Assembly: GCA_025449535.1 (NCBI GenBank)
Contig: JANWJF010000001.1
Coordinates: 219,406 to 283,405 of the forward strand
DNA from: Candidatus Saccharimonadia bacterium
GTDB taxonomy: Bacteria; Patescibacteriota; SICC01
Direction of reading: 5' to 3'
Length of the DNA stretch: 64,000 nt
In this document: positions 36,239 to 47,000 of the stretch, piece by piece
Numbering within the stretch: the stretch's first letter is position 1
Layout: each line of letters starts with the position of its first letter
Position numbers and translations under genes: made by a program
Notes under the pieces: generated by a model
Database searches by the model: none
The model's input: only the letters and a program-made list of their open reading frames with translations
What the model was told of the DNA's origin: nothing

Positions 36239-37587
36239 GACACGCGCTGGCGCTGGCAACGGCACGCGTCCTGGCCGCCGCCGCGCGGCGGCGCGGCGGC
36301 GGCGCGACCAGCCTGCCCGGCCTGGCAGCACTCAAGCTGGATCCCGGCTTCATCCGCCGCCGGTCGCGGCGGCTGGCAGGCAGCGTGGTCGTCACCGGCA
36401 CCAACGGGAAGACCACGACCGCCCGGTTCCTCGGCGCCGCCTTCGGCGCGGCGGGACGGTCCGTCGTGCACAATCAGTCCGGATCGAACCTGCTCCGCGG
36501 CATCGCCTCCACCCTGGCGGCTGCGCGACTTCCCAGCTCCGGCCGGAAACCCTGGGGGGTCCTCGAGGTCGACGAAGCGACGGTACCCGGCGCCTGCCGG
36601 GAGCTCCGGCCCCGGGTCGTGGTGGTGACCAACCTGTTCCGGGACCAGCTCGACCGCTACGGCGAGCTGAAGCGGACCGCCGAATACCTCCGTACCGGCC
36701 TGGCGTCCCTGCCGAAGTCGAGTACGGTCGTCCTTAACGCGGACGACCCGCTAGTGGCCTCGCTCGGCAAGGGTCTGAAGTGCCGGGTCCGGTACTACGG
36801 CATCGAGGACGTGTCCCGGTCTCGGCCGAGCCTGCCGCACGCCGCCGACGCCGTCTCGGACCCCAAGAGCGGCGCCCTGCTTCGTTACGAGGCGGTCTTC
36901 GTCGGCCACCTCGGCCACTACCGTGGCACCTCGCTGCGCCGGCCGAAGCCCCAGGTCCGGCTGACCGCCTTCCGGACCGGCGGTGCCGTGGAGGTCCGCT
37001 CCGGCCGCCAGACCGTCGGGCTGACGCTCAAGCTGCCGGGAACCTACAACGCGTACAACGCCCTGGCGGCCCTGGCGGCGGCCGAGGCGGCGGGCATCGA
37101 CGTCGCGAAGGCCGCCGAGGCAGTCTCCGCGACGACGGCCGCCTTCGGACGCCAGGAATCGGTCGAGGTCGGCGGGCGGGCAGTACGCATCGGCCTGATC
37201 AAGAACCCGACCGGCGCCGACGAGGTCATCCGCACGCTGGCGGAAGCGCCCGGGAAGAAGCGGATACTGGTCCTGATCAACGACAACTTCGCGGACGGCC
37301 GGGACGTCTCCTGGCTCTGGGACACGGACTTCGAGACGCTCCGGGGGCGGACTGAACGGATCGCGGTCGGTGGCCTCCGCGGCCGGGACATGGCGCTCCG
37401 GCTGAAGTACGCCGGTTTCCCGACCGGCGACCTGCCGAGGTACGGGTCCGTCGAGGAGGCGTTGCGAGAGGAACTCCGGCAGGTCCCGGAAGGCGGGACG
37501 CTGGACGTCCTACCGACGTACACGGCGATGCTGGAGCTCCGCCGGACGCTGGCACAGGCCGGCCACGTGAAGCACTTTTTGGATTAG
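36235..37587 (+). CDS. murT: Lipid II isoglutaminyl synthase, Mur-ligase-like subunit
   Basis: VVVTGTNGKTTT P-loop, Mur ligase middle domain, DUF1727-like C-terminus. ATGA overlap with miaA. Confidence 0.8.
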   Translation: MRHALALATARVLAAAARRRGGGATSLPGLAALKLDPGFIRRRSRRLAGSVVVTGTNGKTTTARFLGAAFGAAGRSVVHNQSGSNLLRGIASTLAAARLPSSGRKPWGVLEVDEATVPGACRELRPRVVVVTNLFRDQLDRYGELKRTAEYLRTGLASLPKSSTVVLNADDPLVASLGKGLKCRVRYYGIEDVSRSRPSLPHAADAVSDPKSGALLRYEAVFVGHLGHYRGTSLRRPKPQVRLTAFRTGGAVEVRSGRQTVGLTLKLPGTYNAYNALAALAAAEAAGIDVAKAAEAVSATTAAFGRQESVEVGGRAVRIGLIKNPTGADEVIRTLAEAPGKKRILVLINDNFADGRDVSWLWDTDFETLRGRTERIAVGGLRGRDMALRLKYAGFPTGDLPRYGSVEEALREELRQVPEGGTLDVLPTYTAMLELRRTLAQAGHVKHFLD

Positions 37588-37600
37588 ACTGGGCCACGTC

Positions 37601-38332
37601 ATGCATCTTCGAATCGCACACCTCTACCCCCGCCGGATGAGCATCTACGGCGATCGCGGCAACGTGACGACACTGGTTCGCCGCGCCCGCTGGCGGGACA
37701 TCGCCGTCAGTGTCGACGAGGTCGAGCGGGAGGATGCGCTCGAAGCCAAGCGGTACGACCTGTTCTTCTTCGGCGGCGGCCAGGACCAGGAGCAGGACAC
37801 GGTCGCCCGGGACCTTGCCAAGAAGGGTCCTGGTATCCGGGAGGCGATCCGCGGTGGAGCGGCGGCGCTGGCCGTCTGCGGTGGCTACCAACTGTTCGGT
37901 CGATACTATCAGCCCGCCGAAGCCGACCGGCTCGCAGGTATCGGGATATTCGACGCGCACACCGAGGCCGGCCCGCGGCGGTTTATCGGCAACGTCACGG
38001 CAACGCCGGAAGCGGACGGGCTCGGCGGCATCCCGCTGGTCGGGTTCGAGAACCATTCCGGCCTGACCTTCCTCGGGGGGACGGCCCGGCCGCTGGCCGT
38101 CGTGCGGACCGGACACGGCAACAATGGCCATGATAAGACTGAGGGCTGCGTCGCCGGTTCCGCCGTCGGCACCTATCTGCACGGCTCCCTGCTCCCGAAG
38201 AATCCCCACCTCGCCGACTGGCTGCTGCTCCGGGCGCTCCGGCGACGGCACACCGACCTTCCGGGGCTCCGCCCACTGGACGACGCCTTGGAGCAGGACG
38301 TGAACGAATCATTGGCCGGGAGGGCAGCGTGA
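37601..38332 (+). CDS. gatD: Lipid II isoglutaminyl synthase glutaminase subunit (CobB/CobQ-like GATase)
   Basis: MHLRIAHLYPRRMSIYGDRGN...CGGYQL. Confidence 0.8.
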   Translation: MHLRIAHLYPRRMSIYGDRGNVTTLVRRARWRDIAVSVDEVEREDALEAKRYDLFFFGGGQDQEQDTVARDLAKKGPGIREAIRGGAAALAVCGGYQLFGRYYQPAEADRLAGIGIFDAHTEAGPRRFIGNVTATPEADGLGGIPLVGFENHSGLTFLGGTARPLAVVRTGHGNNGHDKTEGCVAGSAVGTYLHGSLLPKNPHLADWLLLRALRRRHTDLPGLRPLDDALEQDVNESLAGRAA

Positions 38333-38985
38333 ACGCGTCTGGAGAGCGGGCGATTGCCAAGCTCTTGCTGGAAACGGATGCGATCTCCCTGAACCCGGAA
38401 GATCCCTACCGAGGAGTATCCGGTGTGTACACTCCGATCTATACCGACGCCCGAACGCTCCTCAGTCATCAACCGGAACGCAAGCGGGTCGGCGCTGCGA
38501 TGGAGGCTCTGGTCCGGCGGCATTTCCCGAGGATAGAAGTGATTGCAGGCGTCGCCACGTCCGGCATTCCGTGGGCATCATGGATCGCCGCGGCGATGAA
38601 CCTTCCGCTGATATACGTGCGCGGACAATCGAAACGGTACGGCAAGCAGTCACAAGTGGAAGGAGTCTTGCCACCCGGCAGCTCGACAGTGATCATTGAC
38701 GACGTCATCAATACCGGCAAGAGCACGCTCGATGCGATCAAGGCGGTGCGCAAGGCCGGCGGGCAAGTGGCAGGAGTGGCGGCTATCTCGACCTATTCCC
38801 TTGCTCCCGCCTCCGAAGCGTTCCGCCGCGAAAGCATCGCGCTCTTCACATTAACGAACCGGAAAGCGATCCTGGACCAAGCCGTGCAAACGGGCATGAT
38901 GTCGGAAGAGGGTATCGCGGTCGTAAACGAGTGGGCGGCAGACCCCTTCAAATGGAAAGCTAAACGAGGTGCCTCGCATGTCTGA
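38329..38985 (+). CDS. pyrE: Orotate phosphoribosyltransferase
   Basis: PRPP-binding VIIDDVINTGKST motif. Confidence 0.85.
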   Translation: MNASGERAIAKLLLETDAISLNPEDPYRGVSGVYTPIYTDARTLLSHQPERKRVGAAMEALVRRHFPRIEVIAGVATSGIPWASWIAAAMNLPLIYVRGQSKRYGKQSQVEGVLPPGSSTVIIDDVINTGKSTLDAIKAVRKAGGQVAGVAAISTYSLAPASEAFRRESIALFTLTNRKAILDQAVQTGMMSEEGIAVVNEWAADPFKWKAKRGASHV

Positions 38986-39811
38986 CCGGCTGCACCAGAC
39001 ATTCGCCGAACGGGCCGAGCTGGCGGCCAGCGCCGTCGCACAACGGCTCTTCAAGTTGATGACGAAGAAGGAGTCGAACCTATGCCTGGCGCTAGACGAG
39101 ACCGATCCCGACCGTTTCCTGACCGTCGCCGAGTCCCTCGGACCGCATCTGGCCGTCTTGAAGACCCACATCGACACGCTTTCGTCCTTTACGTCCAAGC
39201 TCACGATCGAACTGGCAAACCTCGCTCGGGAGCATGACTTCCTGATCTTCGAGGACCGGAAGTTCGCGGATACCGGCACGACCGTCAAGAACCAATACAC
39301 CAAAGGACTCTACTCGATCATGGAATGGGCGGATATCGTAAACGCCCATGCCCTGCCTGGCCCAAGTATTGTCGAAGGGTTGCGTGAGGAAGTGGAGAAC
39401 CGGGATCTATTGGAGCGACGCGCTATCCTGCTACTTGCTCAGATGAGTCCCAAGGGCAACATGCTTGATGCCGCGTACACGAAGAAGGTCGTCGCCATGG
39501 CAAAGGAGTACCCCGATTTCGTGATGGGGTTCGTAGGCACGGGGCCGAAAGCATTACCCGCCCTGGCCAGGGAGGCGGATCCGGGCCAAGTCATCTTCGC
39601 CCCCGGGGCAAAGATCGGCGAGAAGGACAAGCTCGGACCGCGGTACTCGCCGCCGGAGGATTTGGTCGAGGCTGGCGCGGACGTCCTGATCGTCGGCCGC
39701 GGCATCTGGGAGGACCCCAAGCCGCTTCGCATGGCAAAGGATTACCGCGAACGGTGCTGGGGAGCCTACCAGCAACGGATCGCCGCGCCGAAGGTCGGCA
39801 AGAAGAAGTAG
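38978..39811 (+). CDS. pyrF: Orotidine 5'-phosphate decarboxylase (long type)
   Basis: LCLALDE...LKTHID. Start set at ATG after GAGGTG; it overlaps the pyrE end. Confidence 0.8.
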   Translation: MSDRLHQTFAERAELAASAVAQRLFKLMTKKESNLCLALDETDPDRFLTVAESLGPHLAVLKTHIDTLSSFTSKLTIELANLAREHDFLIFEDRKFADTGTTVKNQYTKGLYSIMEWADIVNAHALPGPSIVEGLREEVENRDLLERRAILLLAQMSPKGNMLDAAYTKKVVAMAKEYPDFVMGFVGTGPKALPALAREADPGQVIFAPGAKIGEKDKLGPRYSPPEDLVEAGADVLIVGRGIWEDPKPLRMAKDYRERCWGAYQQRIAAPKVGKKK

Positions 39812-39812
39812 C

Positions 39813-41324
39813 CTACGCCGGCTGTCCCGCCAGTCGTTCCCGATACTGCAGCGCTTCCGCTACGTGCGTCTCCGAGACGCCGACCTCGCCGGCCAGGTCG
39901 GCGATCGTCCGCGCCACCCGCAGGACCCGGTGGCATCCTCGTACCGAAAGGTGCCAGCGGTCGACCGCCCGCTCCAGAAGCGACCCGGTCTCGCTAGAGA
40001 CCGCGGCATGGCGTTCCAGTTCCGCCAAGGTCATGCCGGCGTTGACACGGTCCGGGCCGAGTCGGTCCGCCTGCCGCTGCCGGGCGGCGGCCACGCGCTC
40101 CCGGACACGGGCCGTTGATTCGCCCTCCGGTAACGACAGTTCACCGTAGGCCAGCCGGGGCACGACCGCCAGGATGTCGAACCGGTCCCGGATCGGGCCC
40201 GACAGTCGCTGCTGGTACCGGGACACCGTCAACGGACTGCAGCTGCAGGGGCGGGCCGGGTCTCCCGCGAAACCACAGGGACACGGGTTCTGGCTGCCGA
40301 CCAACATGCATCCGGTCGGAAACTCCAACGTCTCGCGGACCCGGCTGATCCGGACGTACCCGTCCTCGAGCGGAGCCCGGAGTCCCTCTAATACGGATGG
40401 CGGGAACTGCGGCAGTTCGTCGAGGAACAGTACGCCGCGATGCGCCAAGGTCACCTCGCCCGGCCGCGGGTGGCTGCCGCCGCCGATCAGTCCGGCCAGC
40501 GAGACGGAGTGGTGCGGGCTGCGGAACGGCCGGCTGCGCACCAGCGGCTGGTCCGGCGGCAGGATGCCCGCCACGCTGTGGGCCGCCGTGATCTCCAGTA
40601 GCTCCTCGCGCGAGGGAGGAGGCAAGAGCCCCGGCAGCGCCTTGGCCAATAGGCTCTTGCCGGTGCCCGGCGGTCCGGTCAGGAGCAGGTTGTGGCCGCC
40701 CGCTGCCGCTACCTCCAACGCCCGCTTGGCGTGCGCCTGGCCGCGGATCTCCGAGAGGTCCGTGGCCGGGGTCGGCGAGCCTTCCAACTTCACGGGCAGT
40801 TCCGGTCGGCGGAATCGCTCCCCGCGGAGATGTGCCGCCAGCTCGGTGACGGACGTCATGCCGAACACCGTGAGCCCTGCCGCCATCGCGGCCTCGGCCG
40901 CGTTCCCCCGCGGGACCACCAGGGCCCGTACCCCGTGCGCCGCCGCGCCGAGGGCCACCGGCAGCGTCCCGTGTACCGGCTGGAGCGTGCCGTCCAACGA
41001 GAGTTCCCCGAGGAAGAGCGTCGCCTCGTCGGGCGGCGGGACCTGTTCCGTGGCCGCCAGGATCCCCACAGCGATCGGCAGGTCAAGTCCGGAGCCGGCT
41101 TTCCGCGTGGCGGCAGGCGCCAGGTTGACCGTGATCCGCCGGGCCGGCAGTTCCCCGCCCGCCTGACGGATCGCCGCCCGGACCCGCTCGCGGCTCTCGT
41201 CCACCGCCTTGTCCGGCAGGCCGACGATGGAGAGTCCCGGCAGGCCGGAGGATACCTCGACCTCCACGGTCACCGGTTGCATCGCCAGGCCCGACAGCGT
41301 CGCCGTCCGTACCCGTGCCACCAT
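39813..41324 (-). CDS. comM: Mg-chelatase-like AAA+ ATPase YifB/ComM family
   Basis: Walker A LLLTGPPGTGKS, Walker B, ChlI-like core, C-terminal HTH. Convergent with pyrF with a 1-nt gap. Confidence 0.85.
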   Translation of the reverse strand: MVARVRTATLSGLAMQPVTVEVEVSSGLPGLSIVGLPDKAVDESRERVRAAIRQAGGELPARRITVNLAPAATRKAGSGLDLPIAVGILAATEQVPPPDEATLFLGELSLDGTLQPVHGTLPVALGAAAHGVRALVVPRGNAAEAAMAAGLTVFGMTSVTELAAHLRGERFRRPELPVKLEGSPTPATDLSEIRGQAHAKRALEVAAAGGHNLLLTGPPGTGKSLLAKALPGLLPPPSREELLEITAAHSVAGILPPDQPLVRSRPFRSPHHSVSLAGLIGGGSHPRPGEVTLAHRGVLFLDELPQFPPSVLEGLRAPLEDGYVRISRVRETLEFPTGCMLVGSQNPCPCGFAGDPARPCSCSPLTVSRYQQRLSGPIRDRFDILAVVPRLAYGELSLPEGESTARVRERVAAARQRQADRLGPDRVNAGMTLAELERHAAVSSETGSLLERAVDRWHLSVRGCHRVLRVARTIADLAGEVGVSETHVAEALQYRERLAGQPA

Positions 41325-41418
41325 GTCACTATGGTAGCTTGTTTAAAAGCAATAGTCGACACGAGGCCTCCCGCGGGCCGACTACCGACCACGGACCATG
41401 GGCTGTTAAACTGAAGCC

Positions 41419-41796
41419 GTGAGCAAACGAAAGCGCAAGCGGAAGCCGTCACGGCGCCAGCGCCAGGCCGGGATCGACCGGCCGGCCAAGCGTCCGGCGG
41501 ACCCGGCGGCGGTCACTCCGGAGCCGGCCACGGATCCGGAGGTTCCGGAGACCGTCGCGGAAACACCGACTCCCGGCACGCCCGATCCCGCTCCCACGGT
41601 CACCGCGGTTTTCCGCCCGTCGACCAAGTCGGAAGCGGTCGTCTCGCTCGAGCAGGAGTACATCGGCCACGATCTGCGGCGCCTCGGCGTCCTGATAGCG
41701 GCCTTGGCGACGGCGCTGACCGGAGTCGCCGTGCTCCAAGCCCAGACGAATCTGATCGGCGAACTCGGCGCTTGGCTGTTCACGTGGTGGAATTAA
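41419..41796 (+). CDS. Small membrane protein with a Lys/Arg-rich N-terminus (125 aa)
   Basis: MSKRKRKRKPSRRQRQ...; C-terminal TM LGVLIAALATALTGVAVL. Confidence 0.45.
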   Translation: MSKRKRKRKPSRRQRQAGIDRPAKRPADPAAVTPEPATDPEVPETVAETPTPGTPDPAPTVTAVFRPSTKSEAVVSLEQEYIGHDLRRLGVLIAALATALTGVAVLQAQTNLIGELGAWLFTWWN

Positions 41797-41878
41797 TCTT
41801 GTCCGTGCGTAAGAATCCCGCTATCCTGGGCACGAATGACCGAAACGACCGTCCCAGCGTGATTCGAAAGGTGCGACC

Positions 41879-42460
41879 ATAGCTTCCAAAAAGTATCGGC
41901 TCGGCGAGGCCATCCGCGCGCCTAAGCTTCGGGTAGTCGACGGTGAGAATAACCAGCTCGGCCTCCTCTCGCGAGAGGAGGCGCTCGAGAAGGCCCGGGC
42001 CGCCAACCTGGACCTGGTCGAGGTCGCGCCGCAGGCCGAACCGCCCGTCGCCCGGATCATGGACTTCGGGAAGTTCCAGTACGAGCAGAAGAAGCAGGCC
42101 AAGCAGCAGAAAAAGCAACGGGCCGGGCTGGTGAAGGAGATCCGGCTCTCGATGAAGATCGGCGCCCACGACCTGGAGTACCGGCTGAAGAAGGCCAGGG
42201 GATTCCTCGAGGAAGGCCAGAAGGTGAAGTTCAACCTGATGATGAAGGGCCGCGAGAACGCGAACCCCAAGGCGGCCATGCAGCGCGTGAAGGATATCGT
42301 CGCCGAGCACATTCCGGAAGCGGAGGCCGAAGCGGACCCCGTCCGGGCCGGCCGCAGCATCTCGATGGTGGTCGCGCCTCCGAAGGGCGGCTTCAAGGAC
42401 CCTGTACCGGAAACGGACGAATCCGGCGCGGATTCGAAGGACGTCCCCACGGACGAATAG
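41879..42460 (+). CDS. infC: Translation initiation factor IF-3 with a non-AUG (ATA) start
   Basis: Continuous frame (I)ASKKYRLGEAIRAPKLRVVDGENNQLGLLSREEALEKARAANLDLVEVAPQAEPPVARIMDFGKF... An in-frame TGA lies 12 codons upstream of the ATA, with no ATG between. AAAGG lies 8 nt upstream of the ATA. The track's version starts at the internal MDFGKF. Confidence 0.8.
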   Translation: MASKKYRLGEAIRAPKLRVVDGENNQLGLLSREEALEKARAANLDLVEVAPQAEPPVARIMDFGKFQYEQKKQAKQQKKQRAGLVKEIRLSMKIGAHDLEYRLKKARGFLEEGQKVKFNLMMKGRENANPKAAMQRVKDIVAEHIPEAEAEADPVRAGRSISMVVAPPKGGFKDPVPETDESGADSKDVPTDE

Positions 42461-42462
42461 AC

Positions 42463-42494
42463 CCATAGCCCGCAGATGTGCCTACGGGCTATGG
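42463..42494. terminator. Stable 10-bp hairpin between convergent infC and the 42510..42929 gene (terminator without a U-tract)
   Basis: CCATAGCCCG-(12 nt)-CGGGCTATGG perfect inverted repeat immediately after the infC stop. Confidence 0.45.
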
Positions 42495-42509
42495 ATTGCT
42501 GGCTTCGGA

Positions 42510-42929
42510 CTACTTGCTCTTCAGTTCGTCGATCTTCTTCACGACCTCGGCGTCATCCTGCATGTTCTCCCAAAACAGGACTGACGTCTTGGCAATGGTC
42601 ATCTTCTGTTCGGGCCGGGTCAGGTCGTTCTGGTCGATCCGGGCCAGCGTCAGTCGGGACTGGGCGTCCGGCGCCGGACTTGGGTTGGCCACGTTGCCCT
42701 GCGACTGCACCTGGTAAGCGTCCGTGAGCGTGACGTAGTCACCGCCCAAGCCGGACAGCTTGCCGAAGTACACCTGGCCGTTGGTCAGGAACACCGCCTG
42801 GTACTTGCCGTAATCGGGCTGTTCCTGGACCTGCTCGATTACCATCTTGCCAATGAACAGCACGACGACCACCACGGCGAGGCCGATCAGCCATTGCCGC
42901 GCGTTGATTACTTTGAGTCGTTGAAACAT
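42510..42929 (-). CDS. Small N-terminally anchored protein (paralog of 55965..56393)
   Basis: TM WLIGLAVVVVVLFIG. Shared YQAVxLxNGxxYFGxLSGLG..YVTL.DAY motif with 55965..56393. Confidence 0.55.
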   Translation of the reverse strand: MFQRLKVINARQWLIGLAVVVVVLFIGKMVIEQVQEQPDYGKYQAVFLTNGQVYFGKLSGLGGDYVTLTDAYQVQSQGNVANPSPAPDAQSRLTLARIDQNDLTRPEQKMTIAKTSVLFWENMQDDAEVVKKIDELKSK

Positions 42930-43075
42930 ATGGATTCCTTTTTTGTTTTATGCCTGCTTCTGCCTTGTATGGTACCCCAAAGTCAGGCTGTTTCCAGCCT
43001 GACTGGTCTTCCTGGTGATCTCCGCTGAAGTGGCCCGGCCTTGCGCCAAGGCACGGTCGGCAAGACCGGGCCGCT

Positions 43076-43972
43076 TCAGGGTTGATCGGATACGTTCGGG
43101 ATCGCCACACCGTTGATCGACGGCGCGATGTTCCGGGAGCTGCGCAGGACGGCGGCCGTCCCGCCGAACGGCGAGAGGTACCGCCACTTGATCCCTACCG
43201 CTGAGTTGGCAGGGACCGTGAACGTACAGTTGGAGTAGAGCGGCGTGTAGGTCCGCGCGTAGCTCAGCGCCTCGCCGCCGTTACAGTCCTTGCCGTTGAC
43301 GCTCAGCGTCACGGACATGCCGGTGCCTTCCGTGTTCCGGCCGGTTAGCTTGCCGCTCAGGACCAGCGTCTCCTTGGTCGGGCCGGTCCGGTGGGTACAT
43401 TCGGTACCCGGCACGTCCGCGAACGAACGTGACGTGGTGGTGGCGTCCGGGCCGGTCTCCGCCAGGCAGCTCACCGAGCGCGCTTGGCCGGTGTCGCCAC
43501 CGGACGGGGCCGGGTAGTCGGTCTCCTCGACCGACGTCGGCCCTGCGGACGGGACGGCCTTCGGCTTGCCGTCCTCCTGGCCGAGCAGTCCTTTGCCCAG
43601 GAAGTACGCCCCCGTGACCACAGCCAGGATCAGGATGGCGATGACGCCCCACTTGATCGTCCGCAACGTGCCGTGGAGCGAGTCCGACGGATCCGGCGCG
43701 GGAGCCGCCGCCTGCGGGCGCGGGTCGGGCGGAGGGGGCGGCGGAGGCGCGGATTCGTGCTGCGGCACGGGCGCGGGATGCGGAGCGGTATGCTCCGGCG
43801 CGGGCTTACGCACCCGGTGCGGTTCCGGCTTGGGCTCCGGATTCGGGTCGGGCACGTGGTCGTAGACCGGCTGCCCGTCCGGACCCAGCGGCGCGGCCAG
43901 CGCCTCGCCGGGCTTCGAGACACGGCGGTCCTTATCCGGACGTTCCCCGTTCTGGTGGCGGACGTCGTTCAC
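43076..43972 (-). CDS. Membrane-anchored protein: Pro-rich cytoplasmic N-terminus, single TM, extracellular domain related to the C-terminal domain of the giant protein
   Basis: PPPPPPPDPRP; TM IKWGVIAILILAVVTGAYFL. C-terminal ...NCTFTVPANSAVGIKWRYL resembles the giant protein's ...VPCSVELPADKEVTIKWQIRTD. Confidence 0.6.
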   Translation of the reverse strand: MNDVRHQNGERPDKDRRVSKPGEALAAPLGPDGQPVYDHVPDPNPEPKPEPHRVRKPAPEHTAPHPAPVPQHESAPPPPPPPDPRPQAAAPAPDPSDSLHGTLRTIKWGVIAILILAVVTGAYFLGKGLLGQEDGKPKAVPSAGPTSVEETDYPAPSGGDTGQARSVSCLAETGPDATTTSRSFADVPGTECTHRTGPTKETLVLSGKLTGRNTEGTGMSVTLSVNGKDCNGGEALSYARTYTPLYSNCTFTVPANSAVGIKWRYLSPFGGTAAVLRSSRNIAPSINGVAIPNVSDQP

Positions 43973-44053
43973 GCCACTCTCCCTTCGACGGAAATCCGCG
44001 CAGCCCGAACCAGCCGTGCTCCTTGTGTGCCTTGCGAACTCATGGCGTCTCCC

Positions 44054-47000
44054 TTACCTCGCGCTGGCGAACCCGTTAACGTATGGCGTCGTCGTGGCCG
44101 ACTTCCGGTAGACGAAGGCCGTGCCTCCCTCGTCCGTCCGGATCTGCCACTTGATGGTCACTTCCTTGTCTGCCGGCAGCTCGACGCTGCACGGCACCGA
44201 GATGGTACTCCAGTCTACGCTCGACTCGAACGATTCGCCGCAGACCTGCTCCTCGCCGTCCACTTCGACGACGATTCGCACGTTCACCGGCGCTTCCGGA
44301 TCCGTGGTCTTGGCCATCAGGCGGGCGTTCAGCAGCAGCACCTCGGCCGACTTGCCGGAACGGTAGCGATAGCCCTCCCCGATGTCGCTGAACTCGCGCT
44401 TGTCGACTTCCAGGTCGTCGCCCTGCTCCAGCTTGTAGTCGACCCGGCCCGGCTTGAACTTGGCCGAGGTCACGGCGCCATCCGCCAGCTCGGCGGTCTT
44501 CACGCTGCCGGCCTGCAGGGTGACCCCGCCTTCGCCCAGGCTCACGGATTGGGCCGAGGTGCCCTGCACCGCCGCGGCCACGCCGGTGGCGGAGGCCTGG
44601 TTCACGGCCGGGATCGCCAGGTCGGGCGTCGGGTACGGGCCGGCATCCTGGGAGATCCGCCGCACGGTGCCTTCGTCGGCGCCGACGGAAGCCCGCGACT
44701 GCTTCAGCTGGTCAATCTCACCTTGCAGACCCTTGAGCCGTTCGTCCACCTGGGTAGCGCGCTCCTTGTCCGCAGCGATCGCGTCGTCGCGTAGGTCATC
44801 GATCCGGGTGTTCACCTTGTCGATCTCGCCGGCATCGGCACCCGGCTGCACGGCCTCGCCCGAGGACGCCGGGCGTCCTTCCAGGTCCTCGACCTTGCTC
44901 TCCAGGTCGGCCACGCGGCCACCGGCCTCACCGGCCTTCTTGGACGCTTCATCCGCAGACCGTTTGGCTTCGCCGGCAGCGGTCTCCGCGCCGGAAATCC
45001 GGCCGGCCAGCTCCTCGACCTGCTTGCCCAAGTCGCTGACGGACTTCTTCAGGTTCTCGACCTGCTCGGCGACGGTCTTGTCCACGTCCTCGACCAGTTT
45101 GTCGACGTCCTCGGTCAGCCGCGAGATCGCGTCGGTGTTGGCCTTGCCCTTCTTGGCGGCTTCTTCCTCGACGCGTTTGATGCCCTTCCGAACCTCGTCT
45201 ACTGCCGGTTCGACGTTGGTCTTGTCGAACGCGCCGAAGAAGACGGACACCTTCTTATGCTTGACCTTCTTGCCGTCCTGGTCGACGGTCTCTTCGACCT
45301 TGCCCCAGTCGACCGGTTCGGCGACCTTGGCAATGACGTGGCTGACCGGATACGTGCCCGGATCCATCTGGGCATGACCGGCCACGCCGGAGCTGATCAG
45401 GTTATCGCCCGGTCCAAGGTCCTTGCCGGTATCAGTGATCCAGACCTCGCCGTTACCGACGGCCATCACCAGGCTCGGGTTCGAGTTAGATTCCGGCCGG
45501 TTCTTCTTGCCACCCTTTTCCTTCGGGTTCAGGACGGACAGGTACGAACCCATGACCTTCGGGTCGTTGGCCTGCGTGCTCCGCTTGATGCCATAGACGA
45601 CTTCGGCACCCGGCTTGTCGTTCTGGGTATCGTTCGCGCCGGTCTGAGTGACCAGCATGCCGCGGTCGATCGATTCCTTGGCGTCGGCGTAGTGGGAACC
45701 GGTGAAGGCATTATAGCTGACGGTCGTGCCGGAAACGGAGATGGTCCCCTCTTCGGCGCCGTCCTGCTGCAACGAGACGATGGTGCCGTCGGTGCTCTTG
45801 CGATCGAACGTCCCCGCCGTACCGGCGACCGAAGCCACGAAGGCATCGTCGGTCTTGAGCGTGTCGGTCGTCGAGCGGTAGAGGTTGGTGTCACCGGCGG
45901 AACCGAAGGTCAGACCGTCGGTACCTGCAGAGATGCTAACCCGGGTGGCTAGGGTTTGCGCGACCCCCCCTGAAGCTCCCGGTGTCCCGGTCTGGAAGTT
46001 GATCTTTCCGCCAGCAGCGTTGTTACCAGTGTTCTTACCACCGGCCAGGTTCAATGCAGCTCCGGCACCATTACTAATGGAGGTCGATGATCCAGTTGCG
46101 TTCAGGGTGACGGCGGCCGCCGAGTTGTTGGTGACACCGTTACCAATGTAGGCGTCTTGGATGCTCGTGCTGTTACTTCCGATTACCAACTGGTTCGTAG
46201 CCGTAGCAGTGGCTGAGCGACCGATGACGATGCTGTTACTGAGGTTGCTGAGAGCGGCGTTCGCACCGATGGCGATGGAGTTGTTTGGTCCACTGCCCGA
46301 CTGGGTGGCTGAGTCACCAATGATGACACTGCTGTTTCCGGTGGCGGTGGCGCTGCGACCAATGGCCACGCTATTTTGGCCGGTGCTTGCATTGGCCGCG
46401 GCCCCACTACCGACTGCAACACTAGCGCTGTTACCGCTAGTGTTGTTGGCTACTGCTGAGTCTCCAATGGCAACTGATAATGCGCCAGAGATCGCCGAAG
46501 CACCTAGGGCTGTACCGTTGTTGGCGGTGATCGTGGCGCTTTTACCGACCGCCAAGGCGCTCGTAAACGTACTGGTAGTGGAGCTCGCTCCGAAGTGTTC
46601 GCTGTTGCTGCCGCTGCCCGGGCTGGAGATGGTGCCCTGAATCGTCAAGCTGTCATCAGACTTCAAGGTGTCGGCCGCACTGCGATACAGGTTGGTGTCT
46701 CCCCCGATGGTCAGGCCAACATCAGCGGTGGTATTGCTGAGAGCTAGGGTAGTCTTGCCACCATTGTTGTTGATAGTCTGGGAATTCGTGAATACATTGG
46801 CCGCACCCAAGAGCGCAACATTAGCGCTCAATCGAGCGTCGGGGACGAAACCGCTGGTCAGCTGGGTGGCGTTGAGGTTAGTAAGGTTGCTGCCATTCAG
46901 AGCGCCCAGCGTTCCCGTCAGGTTAGCGGCATCGAGGTTGGTTAGGGCACTTCCGTTCAAGGCTGGGAGGTTCCCTGACCCGTCTAGCTGTACCAGCTTA

